Shown here piece by piece: positions 1-12,624 of a DNA stretch of 64,000 nucleotides (position 1 is its first letter; each line of letters begins with the position of its first letter). Made by a program: the position numbers and the translations under genes. Source of the DNA: Mobula hypostoma (taxonomy: Eukaryota); the NCBI RefSeq assembly GCF_963921235.1, contig NC_086107.1, forward strand, positions 104,968,001-105,032,000, written 5' to 3'. The notes beneath the pieces are model-generated. The model was not told the origin of the DNA and ran no database searches. It saw only the letters and a list, made by a program, of their open reading frames with translations.

Positions 1-170
1 CAAATTTACGGCGGGTCTCACCAGTCGCATCGGGAGCACCGGGCACAACAGACGACCCCGGCAGATTCGCGGGTGAGGTGTTGCCTCGCCTGGAAGGATT
101 GTTAGGACCCTGAATGGAGGTGAGGGAGCAGGTGAATGGGCAATTGCAGCACTTTGGCCGCTTGGAGGGA
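1..170 (-). mobile_element. Penelope-like element, degenerate GIY-YIG-region fragment
   Basis: Minus strand reads CPFTCSLTSIQGP..., resembling the zinc-binding segment before the GIY-YIG endonuclease of vertebrate PLEs. Confidence 0.55.
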
Positions 171-539
171 GGTTAGTGTTAACGGTGTGAAGTCTGGGTT
201 TATTTGCCGACTCTGGTTTACTGGGGCATGATCAACAGGCCAGACTACACGAATGAAAGACATAAAGGGCAAAGGCAAGTAGACAACATCAAAGAGGTTA
301 GCACAGGAAGAGATGCTGTGAGGATGTAACCTCATTTACAAACACTGGTTACGGAAGGATATGATGGATACGGACCAAATGCGGGCGAATGGGACGAGTT
401 TAGATCGAAATGTTGTCGGCTGAGGGGAAAGGGCCCGTTTGTTCTGACTCTATCCGGAGGCGTTGTTGTTGACAGACCACCACCCCACGTTAGAGATGGG
501 CTTTCGCCGTGAGACAGCCGCAGAGAGAGGCTTCGGGCC

Positions 540-670
540 GCGAACACGAGAAAGTCTGCAGGCGCTGGAAATCCAAAGCAACACACACTCAAAACGCTGG
601 AGGAACTCAGCAGGCCGGGCAGCAGAGTAAACAGCGGACGTTTCGGGCCGAGACCCTTCTTCAGTCCGGG
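540..670 (-). mobile_element. Penelope-derived terminal repeat with hammerhead-like core (637-664)
   Basis: Same repeat family as 2800-2896, 21870-21995 and 33430-33530. Minus strand reads CTGAAGA-AGGGTCTCGGCCC-GAAA-CGTC. Confidence 0.7.
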
Positions 671-985
671 GTCGCTAAAGATGACCTCATCCGTGATCAC
701 TGATACATTCGTAAATAAACGTGAATATCACTTTGTATTTTTTTAAATTTGCAAATGCTGATTTGTATTTCTTTTAGACTGGTTTGACCTTTACCCTGGG
801 ACTAATTCGGGGTCAGCCTGAGACTCCTCCCATCCCATGCAATGAGCAGAATCGGTTTGTTTCCAGAAAGTTTGTGCAATCAATTCTGGAGCGAAGTGCT
901 CACACGCGCGCCGATAGTGGGCTCGAAGTTAATGTTTTTTTTTGTTCCGAGTTGAGTCGTGTTGCAAGTTTGAGGGAGTTCAGCT

Positions 986-1063
986 ATGTTTGGGATGATA
1001 AAAAACTCACTGCTCAGTCACACTGAACACAGACCGTGTCACACTGTCAGCTCAGACACCAAG
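986..1063 (+). CDS. HEBP1: Heme-binding protein 1 (SOUL family), coding exon 1
   Basis: ATG at 986 gives MFGMIKNSLLSHTEHRPCHTVSSDTK, matching the HEBP1 N-terminus (MLGMIKNSL...). Ends at AAG|GTAAGC donor; 78 nt, phase 0. Confidence 0.93.
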
Positions 1064-1292
1064 GTAAGCCACATTAACTGTCCTGGCAATGTCATTGACT
1101 TCCCCGCACAGCAGCCGCCGGAGAATACCGTGACACATTGTTGTGCAGGATTAATAACCTCCCCTCCCTCTTTCTCCAGTCTCTTTTGGCCTCCACCCCA
1201 TTGCTGACTTTGGGGGCTGGCGCGGTGACAAAGGGCCGAAGGGTCTTACCGGCCAGGAAGAGTGTGGGCATGAGATCGCTTCGTATTGCTGT

Positions 1293-1319
<27 letters not shown>
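1293..1319. repeat. (TG)n microsatellite
   Basis: Perfect TG run in HEBP1 intron 1. Confidence 0.95.
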
Positions 1320-1324
<5 letters not shown>

Positions 1325-1639
1325 CAGCCCCTCACACGGCGAGAGGCTGGAATCCGCTTCACCTTCACAGCCCTGTGCTGATCTCCTCTGGGAGCCAGGA
1401 ATAAGTTAGGTAAAGAGGAGGGGCGGGAGGACGGACAAACGCCCCCTCCCCTGTAATCCTAGCAAAAATAAAACGCTACATACTCCCAGCAGGTCCATGG
1501 GGAGAAACAGGGTTAAATTTTGCAGAGGTCCCCGACCTGAATCTTAGTTTTTCTCCCCCCCCACCCCGTAGAGGCTGTTTTTCTCCCCCCTGGCATTTCC
1601 TTGTTCTATTTCAGATTTATGGTATTTAAAAAATATTTC

Positions 1640-2719
1640 TCTCTATTGTCCAACCCATATTGCAAAATAACCCATATAAAAGGAACAGAAAACGTGATGG
1701 CTGACTGTCTGTCAGGTGTTGACAACTTCAAATTCGCTGTGTTAGCCAAATAGCTGATAAAGATGTATATTTGTGTGTATCAAATAATGTATTCATGTTT
1801 GTAATTTTCACCCCGGTAAAAATCCTTAAAGGGGGGAAGTGTGACGAGAATACACATAGATTAAGATGTTAGCTGTCCTGTGCTGGCACCAGTGAGATCA
1901 GCAGTTGGTCTGCCACCTGTCTTCAGGAGAGAGAGAGATAAGGAAAACAATGGAGCAGCATTTGGAGATGTGTAATGAAGGGACGGGAGAGAGAGCTGTC
2001 AAGATCGGCTCCCCCTTTGAACCCTGAACTGTTTGAAGTGATGGACAGGCGATACCCCAGCAGGGGGATAAAAAGGGACAGGTTTGCTAAGGCAGGACAC
2101 ACACGACACCTGAGGTAACGAGACCCTGGAAGCGGTGCGTCTCTCACACGTCGGTGGGAAGTTTTGGAAGGCCAGTTGCGGGACCAGGCCATAGACGCAC
2201 AGGGTGGAAAGGCACGATCGGCGGGAACCTGGTGTGTGTCCACCCTTGCCTGGGTGCCAGGTTCACCGCAGAGAAACGATCGTATCTGGAAATGGAGGGG
2301 TCACGGTCGGTGACCTCAGATGACATCACAAAGGACTCGCCCGAAAGCTGACTGCGAAGGTCTGTGTGGAAGCCGTTTTGAATATTCATTCGTTTTGCTC
2401 TCTCTCTCCTTCCCCCCACTATCCATCTCCCACGGCAGCAATTACTGTGAACTGAACTGAACTAAATTGAACTGAACTTTGCGTCACTTTGAAACTGGTC
2501 ATTTACCCCTAGACAACGATAGAGCTTGATTAATCCTGTTATCTTAATTCTGTGTACATGTGTGTTTATCATTGCTGAACTGTTGCATTCATTATCCTTT
2601 TGATTAGAGTACTGTGTTGCTTGTTTCTTTAATAAAACTTTCTTAGTTCTAGTAATCCGGACTCCAACTGAGTGATCCATTTCTGCTGGTTTGGCAACCC
2701 AGTTACGGGGTACGTAACA
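1640..2719 (+). mobile_element. Gmr1-like Gypsy element, 3' remnant (RNase H end, PPT, LTR 1840-2719)
   Basis: ITHIKGTENVMADCLS remnant, PPT AAAGGGGGGAAG, then TGTGA...TAACA LTR highly similar to the reverse complement of 11639-12502 and 15676-16620. Confidence 0.88.
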
Positions 2720-2862
2720 TAAGTAGCATTTTGTATGTGTTCCTTGTGGCTGTGGCGGGTTCCTGGCTGCGTGGTCCGTGATCCGACAATGTAACCCGCG
2801 CAACACACGCAAAATGCCGGAGGAACTCAGCAGGTCAGGCAGAATCTATGGAAAGGGGTACG

Positions 2863-2896
2863 GTCGACGTTTCGGGCCGAGACCCTTCATCAGGAC
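2863..2896 (-). ncRNA. Minimal type-I hammerhead ribozyme-like motif
   Basis: Minus strand gtc-CTGATGA-agggtctcggccc-GAAA-C-GTC-gac, with a 3-bp stem I. Confidence 0.6.
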
Positions 2897-3849
2897 TCTG
2901 CTGGAGAAGAATTCCCGTGTTGCGGAGCAGAGCCAGACTTGCCGATGGTGCGAGAATTGGGCTTCTCCCCCGTCCTGACCCTGACTGAACCACGGGAGGG
3001 GCAAAGGAATCGACAAGACTGTTTTCATTTGCCACTTAGTTCTGCAGCTTCCATTCACAGCTCTGAGGTGCAGTGCGTGCTGAAACGCCGCCTTGAAGTA
3101 AGTCCGGGCATAAGTTGCGGAAACTATTGATTACCATAATTGGCGGCAGTTGTGATCCCGGAAAGTGCCAGCAGGAGGCAGTAGCGCCACACAATGGCAG
3201 GGAAGTTTCTGCCCTGCCCCCTCGCTGGTTCTTTTCTTTGTCCCTCCATCGCATCCCTCCCAATCACGGGTCCCCCCCCTCGCCCTGTACCCCCTCCTCA
3301 ACCACAGGCCCTCAACTGTGTCCCCTCACCGGTCCGACCATCCCACTCCCGTCTCCGAGGTGACTCACTCCCTCGCCCCTTCCATTGGCAGTCTTGGCCG
3401 CTCACCCACCTGCTGGTTCTGACCCCTCTGTGACCTTCAGTCCCTTAGTCTTCGCTGACCGGTCATCCAATCTGCTGACCACCTCCTGACCCCTCCCTGT
3501 TTCCCCACTCCTCCTTGACCTGTCCCTGCTTCCCTTGTCCTGTTGCTGTCTCCTCCTGCCACCAAATCCTGTGGAATCCTTCTGTCCTCCAATAGCCCAT
3601 TCAATGTACCTCCACGACCAATGGTTCAACCACCAGGTTCAACAGCAGCCTATACACCACTCTCTTCACACCCTTGAACGGACCTCCAAAGGATGAGCTC
3701 TTGACCTCCCAATCTACCTAGGACTTTACTTGTCCACCTGCTCTGCACTCTCTGTAAGTACAACACTATGTCCTGTTTTCCTTGATGTGTTTACTTTGCC
3801 TTGGCCTCGATCACCAGCAGGCTTGCTTGCCGTGGTGTTTGACTGGCCA

Positions 3850-4240
3850 CTGAAAAGTTGATATTTTACAAGCAATTAAAGTTCCCCGACTTCATCGCAT
3901 CATCGAAACTGTGGCCTGACGTGTCTGTTTGGTCAGAAGCCTCGAAGCAGCTGGTCACGGTAACACTGGCAGTGCCTTGGGAAGGCCGGATTGAGGAGGC
4001 GTTTGAAGTCAAGTACCAGGAGCTGGTAGAGCAGCGTCAGAGACAGGGGTGGAGGGCACGATACCAGCCTGTAGAGGTGGGGTGTAGACGATTTGCTGGC
4101 TGCTCACTCTGCAGAACGTGCTCTCTCCTTGACAATTCAGAACGGTAAAGAGAAGAGCCGTCACCGAGCCTGCTGAGTGAGCCTCCAGGTGGCTGTGGAT
4201 GAAGAGCTGTGACCCATGGGCCAATGCTGCTGGGGAGATC
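3850..4240 (+). mobile_element. RLE-type non-LTR retrotransposon (HERO/NeSL-like) 3' fragment
   Basis: LWPDVSVWSEASKQLVTVTLAVPWEGRIEEAFE..KYQELVEQ..GWRARYQPVEVGCR resembles the restriction-like endonuclease PD...VPWE...KY motif set. Confidence 0.8.
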
Positions 4241-4869
4241 TGATAGAGCTGTAGCCCCCTGGTAAGCCTCAGGCTCACTCAGCTCGCTGTCGTCTAGGGG
4301 GAGCAGCCTTCGGCCCCGCCAGACTGGGTAACCAAGTTTGTGTGGATGCTGTGTGATGTACCCCACCCTGTCAAATAACAGACAATACACCATATGCGAT
4401 TAAATGATTACCCTTTATAGATCTTACTGGAACTATGTAATTAATAGAGATACAATATAAAAGGAAAGTAAAAGGTGCCAGATTTATTAAAGTTCAACCA
4501 CTTCGTGCACAACCGTTGGAGCTCGATTAATGGAGTCTTCTTTCCACCATTTGATCCCCTCCGACCTCCTTGACCTGCTGCCTGGGACCAACCACGGTAG
4601 TCGACCAGACGCTCCACGCAAGTCTGTCTTCGTCTCTTCTCCTCGCCGAAGATGGCGGTGGGCTGCCTTCTTGAACTGTTGCAGTCCTTGAGGGGTGGGT
4701 GTGGCCACGGTTCTGTTAGAACTTAGAACAGTACAGGAACAGGCCATTCGGCCCACAATGCTGTGCTGAACCAGCTCAAAAACAAATCAAAAACACCCAA
4801 ACACCCATCCCTCCTACCTGCACCATGTCCCTATCCCTCCATCTTCTTCACATCCTTGTGTCTATCCAG

Positions 4870-5470
4870 AACGTTGAGTGAAGTTATCCCCACTGGTTCA
4901 AGAGCCTGATGGTTGAGGGGTAATAACTGTTCCTGAACCTGGCGGTGTGAGCCCTGAGGCTCCTGTGCCTTCTTCCTGGTGGCAGCAGCAGGAAGAGAGC
5001 ATGGCCTGGGAGGTGGGGGTCCCTGATGATGGATGCTGCTTTCCTGCAACAGTGCTCCGTGTAGATGTGCTCAGTGGTGGGGGAGGGCTTTACCTGTGAT
5101 GGACTGAGCTGTATCCACTACTTTTTGTAGGATTTTCTGTTCAAGGGCATTGGTGTTTCCAAACCAGGCCATGATTCAGCTAGTTAATGTATTCTCACCG
5201 TACATCTATAGAAGTTTGTCAAAGTTATGGATGTCATGCCAAATCTTCGCAAACTTCTGAGGAAGTAGAGGAATTGCCGTGGTTTTTTAAATAATTTTGC
5301 ATAGACAGGTCTTCTAAATGATAACACCGAGGAACTTGAAGTTGCTGACTCTCTCCACCCTGGATCCTGCAATGAAGACTGGCTCGTGGACCTCCAGTTT
5401 CCTCCTCCTGAAGTCAGTAATCAATGACGTTGAGTGAGAGGTGGTTGTTGTGGCCCCAGTCAGCCAGATC
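4870..5470 (-). mobile_element. L2/Rex-like LINE 3' fragment
   Basis: Minus-strand remnants VERVSNFKFLGVII and LYFLRSLRRFGM...LTNFYRCTV. Confidence 0.75.
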
Positions 5471-5809
5471 TTCACTCTCCCTCCCCTGGGATGGGATTTG
5501 ATCCTATTGGCTCTTTTACTGAGGCAGAGGGAAGCGTAGACGGAGGGGAGACTGGCTTTCATGGTAGACACGTTGAAACAAAGAGCTTTCAGATGATTGT
5601 GCAAGGGTGAACTCTGATCTTAGAGGAGATGTAAGCCCGATATCCTTCCTAAGGAAAAGTTGACCAATAAAACAAATTATAGAGAGCAAAAGGCCTTTAC
5701 AGTCCAGGGGTGATAAAGAGCAATAGTAATTAGTAGTAATCAGAGCATGATTACTGACTTTATGGTTTTATTTGCTTTTTATCTTATATTTAGAGATACT
5801 GCTCCATCC

Positions 5810-6005
5810 AATTACTCCCACGTGACCAATTGGCCCCCTAACCCAAACATCTTAGGACTGTGGGAGGAAACCAGAGCACCTGGAGGAAACCCACGCGGTC
5901 ACAGGGAGAGCGTACAAACTCCTTACGGACAGCGGCGGGACTGAACGCGGTTCGCCGGCGCTGTAGTAGTGTTTTGTGCAGACCGCTATGCTACTGTGGC
6001 TGTGC
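5810..6005 (-). mobile_element. HE1-like (V-SINE) copy
   Basis: GACTGTGGGAGGAAACCAGAGCACCTGGAGGAAACCCACGCGGTCACAGGGAGA core. Related copies at about 9330-9510, 22970-23085, 27580-27700, 30840-31000, 31500-31777, 44380-44820 and 63375-63550. Confidence 0.8.
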
Positions 6006-6291
6006 CTAAGGTTAAATGGTGCAGTATGAACACCAAAGGACAATGTGTTTAAGTTTTGTTGAAATCCTGTGTGGTGTCAAATTCACAGGGGAATTACAAG
6101 TGTTCCGTTTTAATGAGTGGTTACATGCTGTGTGAGGGAGAGGGCGTGATGTAAAGATACGAGACAGACCAACGACGACGGCAGAGATCGCCAGGACTCT
6201 GCACTGTGTGTTGCTGTCTTCGAGTGAATGAATGTCTTGATCTGACCCTTTCCTCACCGAGTTTCATTCTGCCCTTCGACTTCCCCCACAG

Positions 6292-6430
6292 GGAGAGTTG
6301 GAGTACGAGGAGAGGAAGTACGAGCCTGGTAACTATGCCACTATAACCATCAGAGGAAAGCCGTTCGACGAGAGTTCGGGCGAAGGCGTGGTGAAGTTGC
6401 TCAAGTACCTGGGAGGGAACAACGGACAAG
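6292..6430 (+). CDS. HEBP1: HEBP1 coding exon 2
   Basis: Acceptor ttcccccacag|; encodes GELEYEERKYEPGNYATITIRGKPFDESSGEGVVKLLKYLGGNNGQ (SOUL YEER and KY.GG.N motifs); donor G|GTATTG; 139 nt. Confidence 0.95.
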
Positions 6431-6858
6431 GTATTGGGAGAGTGGAACTTTGCCCTGTGCGAGCCTCTCTGGATTCGCCACATCCCAATGACTACAACCA
6501 CAAAACAGCAACTTAGACCATCCCTTTGACCTGTCCACACACTCCACGATCAACCTAACCCTTCCCTCCTACTCAGCCCACAACCCACCGTTTTTCTTTT
6601 ATCCATGTGCCTACCTGAAGACCCCTTAAGTGTCCCTGATGTATCAGCCTCTAACCCCACCCCTAGCAGTGCGTTGGGGGATGGAGGGGAGAGGGGGTCC
6701 CGGTGGGAGGGAGGGTGGCCTGGTGGGGCTGGGGTTCGTTGGGAGCGCGGGCCAGTAGAGGGGTGTGGAGGTTAGGGTTAGCAATAGGGGCCTCTGACAT
6801 CTCTCCAAAACTTTCCTCCACTCAGAACGCACTGTACGCAGAGGCAGATACATTAGGG

Positions 6859-7611
6859 CAGCGGTCCCCAACCACTGGGCTGCGGACCGGTACCGGGCCG
6901 CGAGGAAACGATATGAGTCAGCTGCACCTTTCCTCATTCCCTGTCACGCACTGTTGAATTTGAAGATAGGGTTGCCAACTGTCCCATGTTTGCCGGAACA
7001 TCCCGTATATTGGGCTAAATTGGTTTGTCCCATACGGGACCGCCCTTGTCCCGTATTTCCCCCGCTAAGGTAGAGCGTACCTGTGAAACCTTTTGTGCTG
7101 AACTGGCGTGAAGCGAAGAAGCAATTACCATTAATTTATATGGGGAAAGTTTCTGAGCGTTCCCAGACCCAAAAAATAACCTAGCAAATCATACCAAATA
7201 ACACATGAAACCAAAAATAAATAGCACTAACATATAGTAAAAGCAGGAATGATATGATAAATACACAGCCTATATAAAGTAGAAATAATGTATGTATAGT
7301 GTAGTTGGGAAGATGAAGGCAAAACCGATTTGTGGGGGGAGGGGAAATCAGCACGTACGCGCATGCGCACACAGGTGCCCGCGCAAGGCTTCATGGTCAT
7401 GGTAGTCTTTCCTGGGGTAAAGTGTCCCGGGATTTGACTGCGACTTTTGTCCCTTATTTGGGAGTGAGAAAGTTGGCAACCCTAACTGTAAAAGACATGT
7501 TGAGGTGAGTTTAACCCTACTTGAACACCCCCTGCCCCCAGGTCGGCCGGTCCGCAAGAATATTGTCAATATTAAACCGGTCCGCGGCGCAAAAAAGGTT
7601 GGGGACCCCTG
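6859..7611. mobile_element. hAT-type MITE with 8-bp TSD, containing an internal TIR pair (6967-7484)
   Basis: Ends CAGCGGTCCCCAACC...GGTTGGGGACCCCTG flanked by CATTAGGG on both sides. Internal inverted repeat TAGGGTTGCCAACT/AGTTGGCAACCCTA. Confidence 0.88.
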
Positions 7612-9514
7612 CATTAGGGGCAGTTAAGAAACTCTTAGGCACGTGGATGATAGAAAAATGGAGGGTTATGTGAGAGGGAAGGGTTAAGATGATCTTAGGG
7701 TGGGTTAAAAGGTCGGCATAGCACTGTGCTGTAATATTCTATGTGCCCTGAGCCGTAGATATTGTGGCCAGTGGTAAAATAAAAGCAGGGGAATAGGGGC
7801 TCCTGATCAGAGACAAAGGGACACTTTGAATTGGAGACAAAGGAGGCCTCAGATGCTGGGATCTGCAGCAGGCAACCACAAGGCAGGCACGAGATGTTTT
7901 AGAAGCGTGGTTCCCTTCCCATAACTCTGTAAACAAACATATCAAAATTGACGCCATCTACGAACCCCTAAATGCCAAAGGTTAACTGAAGCGGTAGCCA
8001 GTCAGGACCGAGGCAGGTGCATGGGGGCTGTGTACACGCGAGCACTCCCAGAGGGAAGCACCAACAACTGCATAACGAGGGCGTCACCTCGACTGGCGAT
8101 GAGACGTCTACAAGCACAGCGACCACCCCAACGTCAAAATAAAAAGGTCTGCTGGAGGATCTCAGTGGGTCAGGCAGAGAGAAATGGACAGCTGATGTTT
8201 CAGGTCAGGATGTCTCTGTCGTTACACTCTGTGTGATATTTAAAGGTAGAAGATAGGACTGGGAAGGAGGTAGAGATTCCCCGACACTGCACTCTGTGTT
8301 ACTGCATTTAAACATACAAACTCCTTTCGGTCTTCCCCATTTCTGACCCTCTGATTTCCGCCAGCCCCTTGTTTTTTGACATCGGACGGTAGGACTGGAG
8401 CAGATCAGTAGATTAAGAGGGAATGAAACCATGACCTCCTACCCAAGAGGGGCTAGACTGTTTGAGTTTGTATTTCGCAGAGGCTGGTGATCTGATGAGA
8501 TCCTAATGGGAGGGGGGGAGCTGACAGGGTGAAGACTCCCCCTTGTCACAGGTCGGGGGGGGGCGTGGCTACAAAGTGAGACCTCGGTCATTTAAAATCA
8601 AGCTATGTAGAAGTCTCTTCTCCCAGACAGTGGTGAATCCCTGGATTTCTCTGCCTGCGAGATCTATTTAAGGTTGGAAGATCAAGGAACTGAGGACTAT
8701 AGGAAACCGCACAGAAGCAGAGTTCAAAGTAAAATTTATTATCACAGTACAGGAGTCTAAAGAGACACGCTCAGCGATTCAGGAACAGTTTCTCCCCCTC
8801 TGCCATCCAATTCCTAAATGGACATTGAACCCACGAATACCACCTCACTTTTTTCGCACTGTACTGCTGTGCAAACGCAGCAAATTTCACGACGCTTGTC
8901 GATGATATTTAACCTGAGCCATACACTGCTTGAGATCCCTTTTCCTGTGGGCAAACTTCCAGAATAGAGTGTATGGAAAAAGTCATACGTAAACCGGCAA
9001 ACAGCCAACGTGCAAAAGAAGGTAAACTGCAAATAAAGCACAACACTGAGAGCAAGAGTTGTAAAGAGTCTCTGAAAGTGGGTCTGTGGTTTTGTAGAAT
9101 CAGTTCAGAATTGTGGTGACTGAGGTTATCCTCTCTGATGGTTGTCGTTATGGAGTTGTGACCAGAATAGATCGGCCAAGACCAAATCAGAATGTAGCAC
9201 AGTCTTTAGGAGCCATACTCCTGCCTCGTTTTCTTGTGTCCTTGCAGCGGATTTGAAGATAAATAGGAGATTTTTGGCGCAGAGGTGGTGATTGAATGGG
9301 GTGGTGAGAGTCGGGACACCACTGGCATTGCGGTTAGGGTCTCACTGATCCAGTGATCCCGGTTCGATCCTTACCTCAGGTCCTGCCTCCGTGGAGTCTG
9401 CACGTTCGCCCCCGTGACCGCGTGGGTTTTCTTCCCTCCTGTGCCCCGGTTTCCTTCCCCGTCTCAAAGGTGAGCTGGTTAGCGGGTTAAGTGGTCACTG
9501 TAATTTTCCCCACC

Positions 9515-9915
9515 TCCAAGAGGACCACAACCTCACCGTAGGGTTTGGAGGCTTGTGTGCCTCAGTGACCCGGAGAGCAGTGTTGGCTGGAGTCAGGGCT
9601 TTATGCTTTGGCTCTTGGTAGGGTCACCCATGCCAAACAGGTCAAAGGTTAGAGGCCAGACTAAGAGAGGTCCACCAGTCCTCTAGGTTCAGGGATTCAG
9701 CTCAGGGCTAACAACCCTGACTGGTCAAACAGCAACGAAGAATCCTTCTACATCTGAGTGTGATTCCTGAGTCTCCACCGGAATTTGCATGACTGACAGT
9801 AGTGAAAACCGAGAGGAAGCTACTGACACGATGAAGGAAGCCCTGAACACTACCAGAGATGGAGGATCTTCATCGCTGCCCTAAACTCCGGTGGCGTACT
9901 GGGCATTAAGTAGGT
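9515..9915 (+). mobile_element. Short non-autonomous RTE-like retroelement
   Basis: GGTAGGGTCACCCATGCC-type RTE 5' region and a TAAGTAGGTA tail. A second copy lies on - at about 63553-63960. Confidence 0.6.
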
Positions 9916-10179
9916 AATTTTCCCAGGGTGGTAGGTAGGTAGGAGCATAAGGTGAGAGACAGTAGGTTACAGGTAGATGGTTAACCTGCCTCCGTAAATT
10001 ACCCCAGTGGTGAATGGAAAGAGGGGGAGAATATGTTCTGGGAGAATGGGGTTGATGGGAATGCTCTGGGAGCCTGCATGGAAGACGTCCTCCTTCTGAG
10101 CGGGAAGGGAAGGTGAGGACAAAGGCAGCCATCGAGCTGCCCGAGGTTAAGTGTCTAAACGTGCACTGCTGTTCCGTAG

Positions 10180-10360
10180 GCCTGCAGTTAGGAATGACCA
10201 CCCCAATCAGCATGAAGGTCCACCCAAGTGAGGACGGCGGCCTACAGCCCTCCAATGAGATCTATGTTCGCCTCCCCAGCAAATACCAGGAGAACGTTCC
10301 CAAGCCAACGGATGAGGGCATCGAGATCAAATGGCAGGAGGGGTTCACGGTCTACTCCAC
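10180..10360 (+). CDS. HEBP1: HEBP1 coding exon 3
   Basis: Acceptor gttccgtag|; encodes (G)LQLGMTTPISMKVHPSEDGGLQPSNEIYVRLPSKYQENVPKPTDEGIEIKWQEGFTVYS (MT.P motif); donor AC|GTGAGT; 181 nt, phases fit neighbouring exons. Confidence 0.95.
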
Positions 10361-10999
10361 GTGAGTCCACTGAAGGCTTGGTGGGTGGGGGGTTTGCATC
10401 TGACCGCGAACCGGCCCAGCCCCAGCTGAACTGGGTCGGTGCAGTGACCGCTGGACGCGACTTGGTCTCCAGTCCGACTGGCCTTGGGAGGGGGCAGGAG
10501 TTCAGCTGGGGAGGAAGGGGGCAGGGGTGCTGGGTGGAATTTCTCACTCAACCAAGGTCACCAGCATCTGTGGGTAGGTGGGAACATGTGAGGTGTCCCT
10601 CCCTCGGTGCCAGAAGGTGAGGGACACCTGCAGATCCTCTCCCGCCTCTGCCCCGCCCCCCACGCCGGACCACCAGGCGGTCCGACAGAGGCCTAGTCTC
10701 ACCCTCGTCGTACAGACCCTCTGAGCCCTGACCCGGCCTCCTGCTCGGCTGGAGGAGGTGGCTTTGGCCTACATCCAACCAGCCAGTGGCCGGTACCCTG
10801 AGGAGAAGGAGCTGAAGCTTGCCCAGAGCAGGGTGTGGAAGAGGCCTGCATTTCCGTAGCACCTTTCGCCACAGGATGTCACAGTGTACTTAACAACCAG
10901 TCAAGTACTCGAGTGATCACGTAGCATTAGAACCAGCAGCCAGTTAACCTCCTGAAAGATTCCACAAACACTAACAGGAAAGTGATGAGAATGGGCTGA

Positions 11000-11383
11000 G
11001 CGAACTTGACCTTTTCTCCTTGGGGTGACGGAAGATGAGAGGTGACCTGATAGAGGTGTATAAGATGATGAGAGGCATTGATTGTATGGGTAGCCAGAGG
11101 CTTTTTCCCCAGGGCCGAAATGGCTAGCACAAGGGGGCGTAGATTTAAGGTGCTTGGAAGCAGGTACAAGTTTTTCACACAGAGTGGTGGGTGCGTGGAA
11201 TGCACTGCCAGCGACGGTGGTGGGGGCGGATATAATAGGGTCTTTTAACAGACTCTTAGATAGGTAGATGGAGTTTGGAAAGACAGAAGGCTACATGGTA
11301 GGGAAATTCTAGGCAGTTTCAAGAGTAGGTTACAACATTGTGGGCCGAAGGGCCTGTAATGTGCTGTAGATTTCTATGTTCTT
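11000..11383 (+). mobile_element. CR1 LINE 3' fragment
   Basis: RRMRGDLIEVYKMMRG remnant and TTCTATGTTCT tail. Similar fragments at about 25610-26350(-), 27720-28110(+), 28680-29225(-), 39850-40440(-), 40870-41290(-) and 42440-42915(+). Confidence 0.8.
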
Positions 11384-12624
11384 AAGCTGAGGTGAGGTAG
11401 GTTGATGAGATGAAATTAGCCCAGCATCTCAGAGACCGTTTCCCTTTAGAATAGCGCCAGAGGATTTAACATCATCCTGGGTGAGGCGATGCGATGCCAG
11501 ATATTGTTAACGTGCAGACGTTCTAGTCCAGGGAAGAAACAAGTTATCTCTACAAAATGATCTAAATTAATTACAGATATAAAACACGAAATGATTGTTT
11601 GCATAATTATTCACCCCCTTTAAGTCAGTATTTGGTAGTGTTACGTACCCCGTAACTGGGTTGCCAAACCAGCAGAAATGGATCACTCAGTTGGAGTCTG
11701 GATTACTAGATCTAAGAAAGTTTTATTAAAGAAACAAGCAACACCGTAATCGAAAGGATAATAAATGCAACAGTTCAGCAATGATAAACACACATGTGCA
11801 CAGAATTAAGATAACAGGATCAATCAAGCTCTATCGTTGTCTAGGGGTAAATGACCAATTTCAAAGTGACACAAAGTCCAGTTCAATTTAGTTCGGTTTG
11901 CAGTAATCGTTGCCATGGCGATGGACAATGTGGGGGGAGAGAGAGAGAGAACAAGAACGAACGATCATTCGAAACGGCTTCCACACACAGACCTGCAATA
12001 TTGCTCACAAGCAGCTTTCGGGCGAGTCCTTGGTGATGTCACCTGAGATCACTGACTGTGACCCCTCCTCCAGATGCGGTCGATCCTCTGCAGTGAACCT
12101 GGCACCCCAGGCAAGGGCGGACACACACCGGGTTCCCGCTGATCGTACCTTTCCACCCTGTGCGTTTATGGTCCGGTACTTCCCACCGACTTGTGAGAGG
12201 CGCACCGCTTCCAGGGTCTCGTTACCTCGGGTGTCGTGTGTGTCTTGCCTTAGCGAACCTGTGCCTTTTTATCCCCCTGCTGGGGTATCGCCTGTCCATC
12301 ACTTCAAACAGTTCAGGGTTCAAAGGGGGAGCCGATCTTGACAATACCCAGACTGATGGCTCCTTCATTAACACCTCCAAATGCTGCTTCATTGTGTGCC
12401 TTATCTCTCCCTCCCCTGAGGACAGGTGGCAGACCAACTGCTGATGTCACTGATGCTAGCCCAGGCCAGCAAACATCTTAATTTATGTGTATTTTCGTCA
12501 CACTTCCCCCCTTTAAGGATTTTTACCGGGGTAAAAATTACAAACATGAGTACATTATTTGACACACACAAATATACATCTTTATCAGTTATTTGGCTAA
12601 TACAGAGAATTTGAAGTTGTCAAC

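Noticed and set aside
9515..9700. HDV-like ribozyme at the 5' end of the RTE-like element
   Set aside because: A GGACC/GGTCC pairing exists, but I could not build the P3/L3/P1.1 core.
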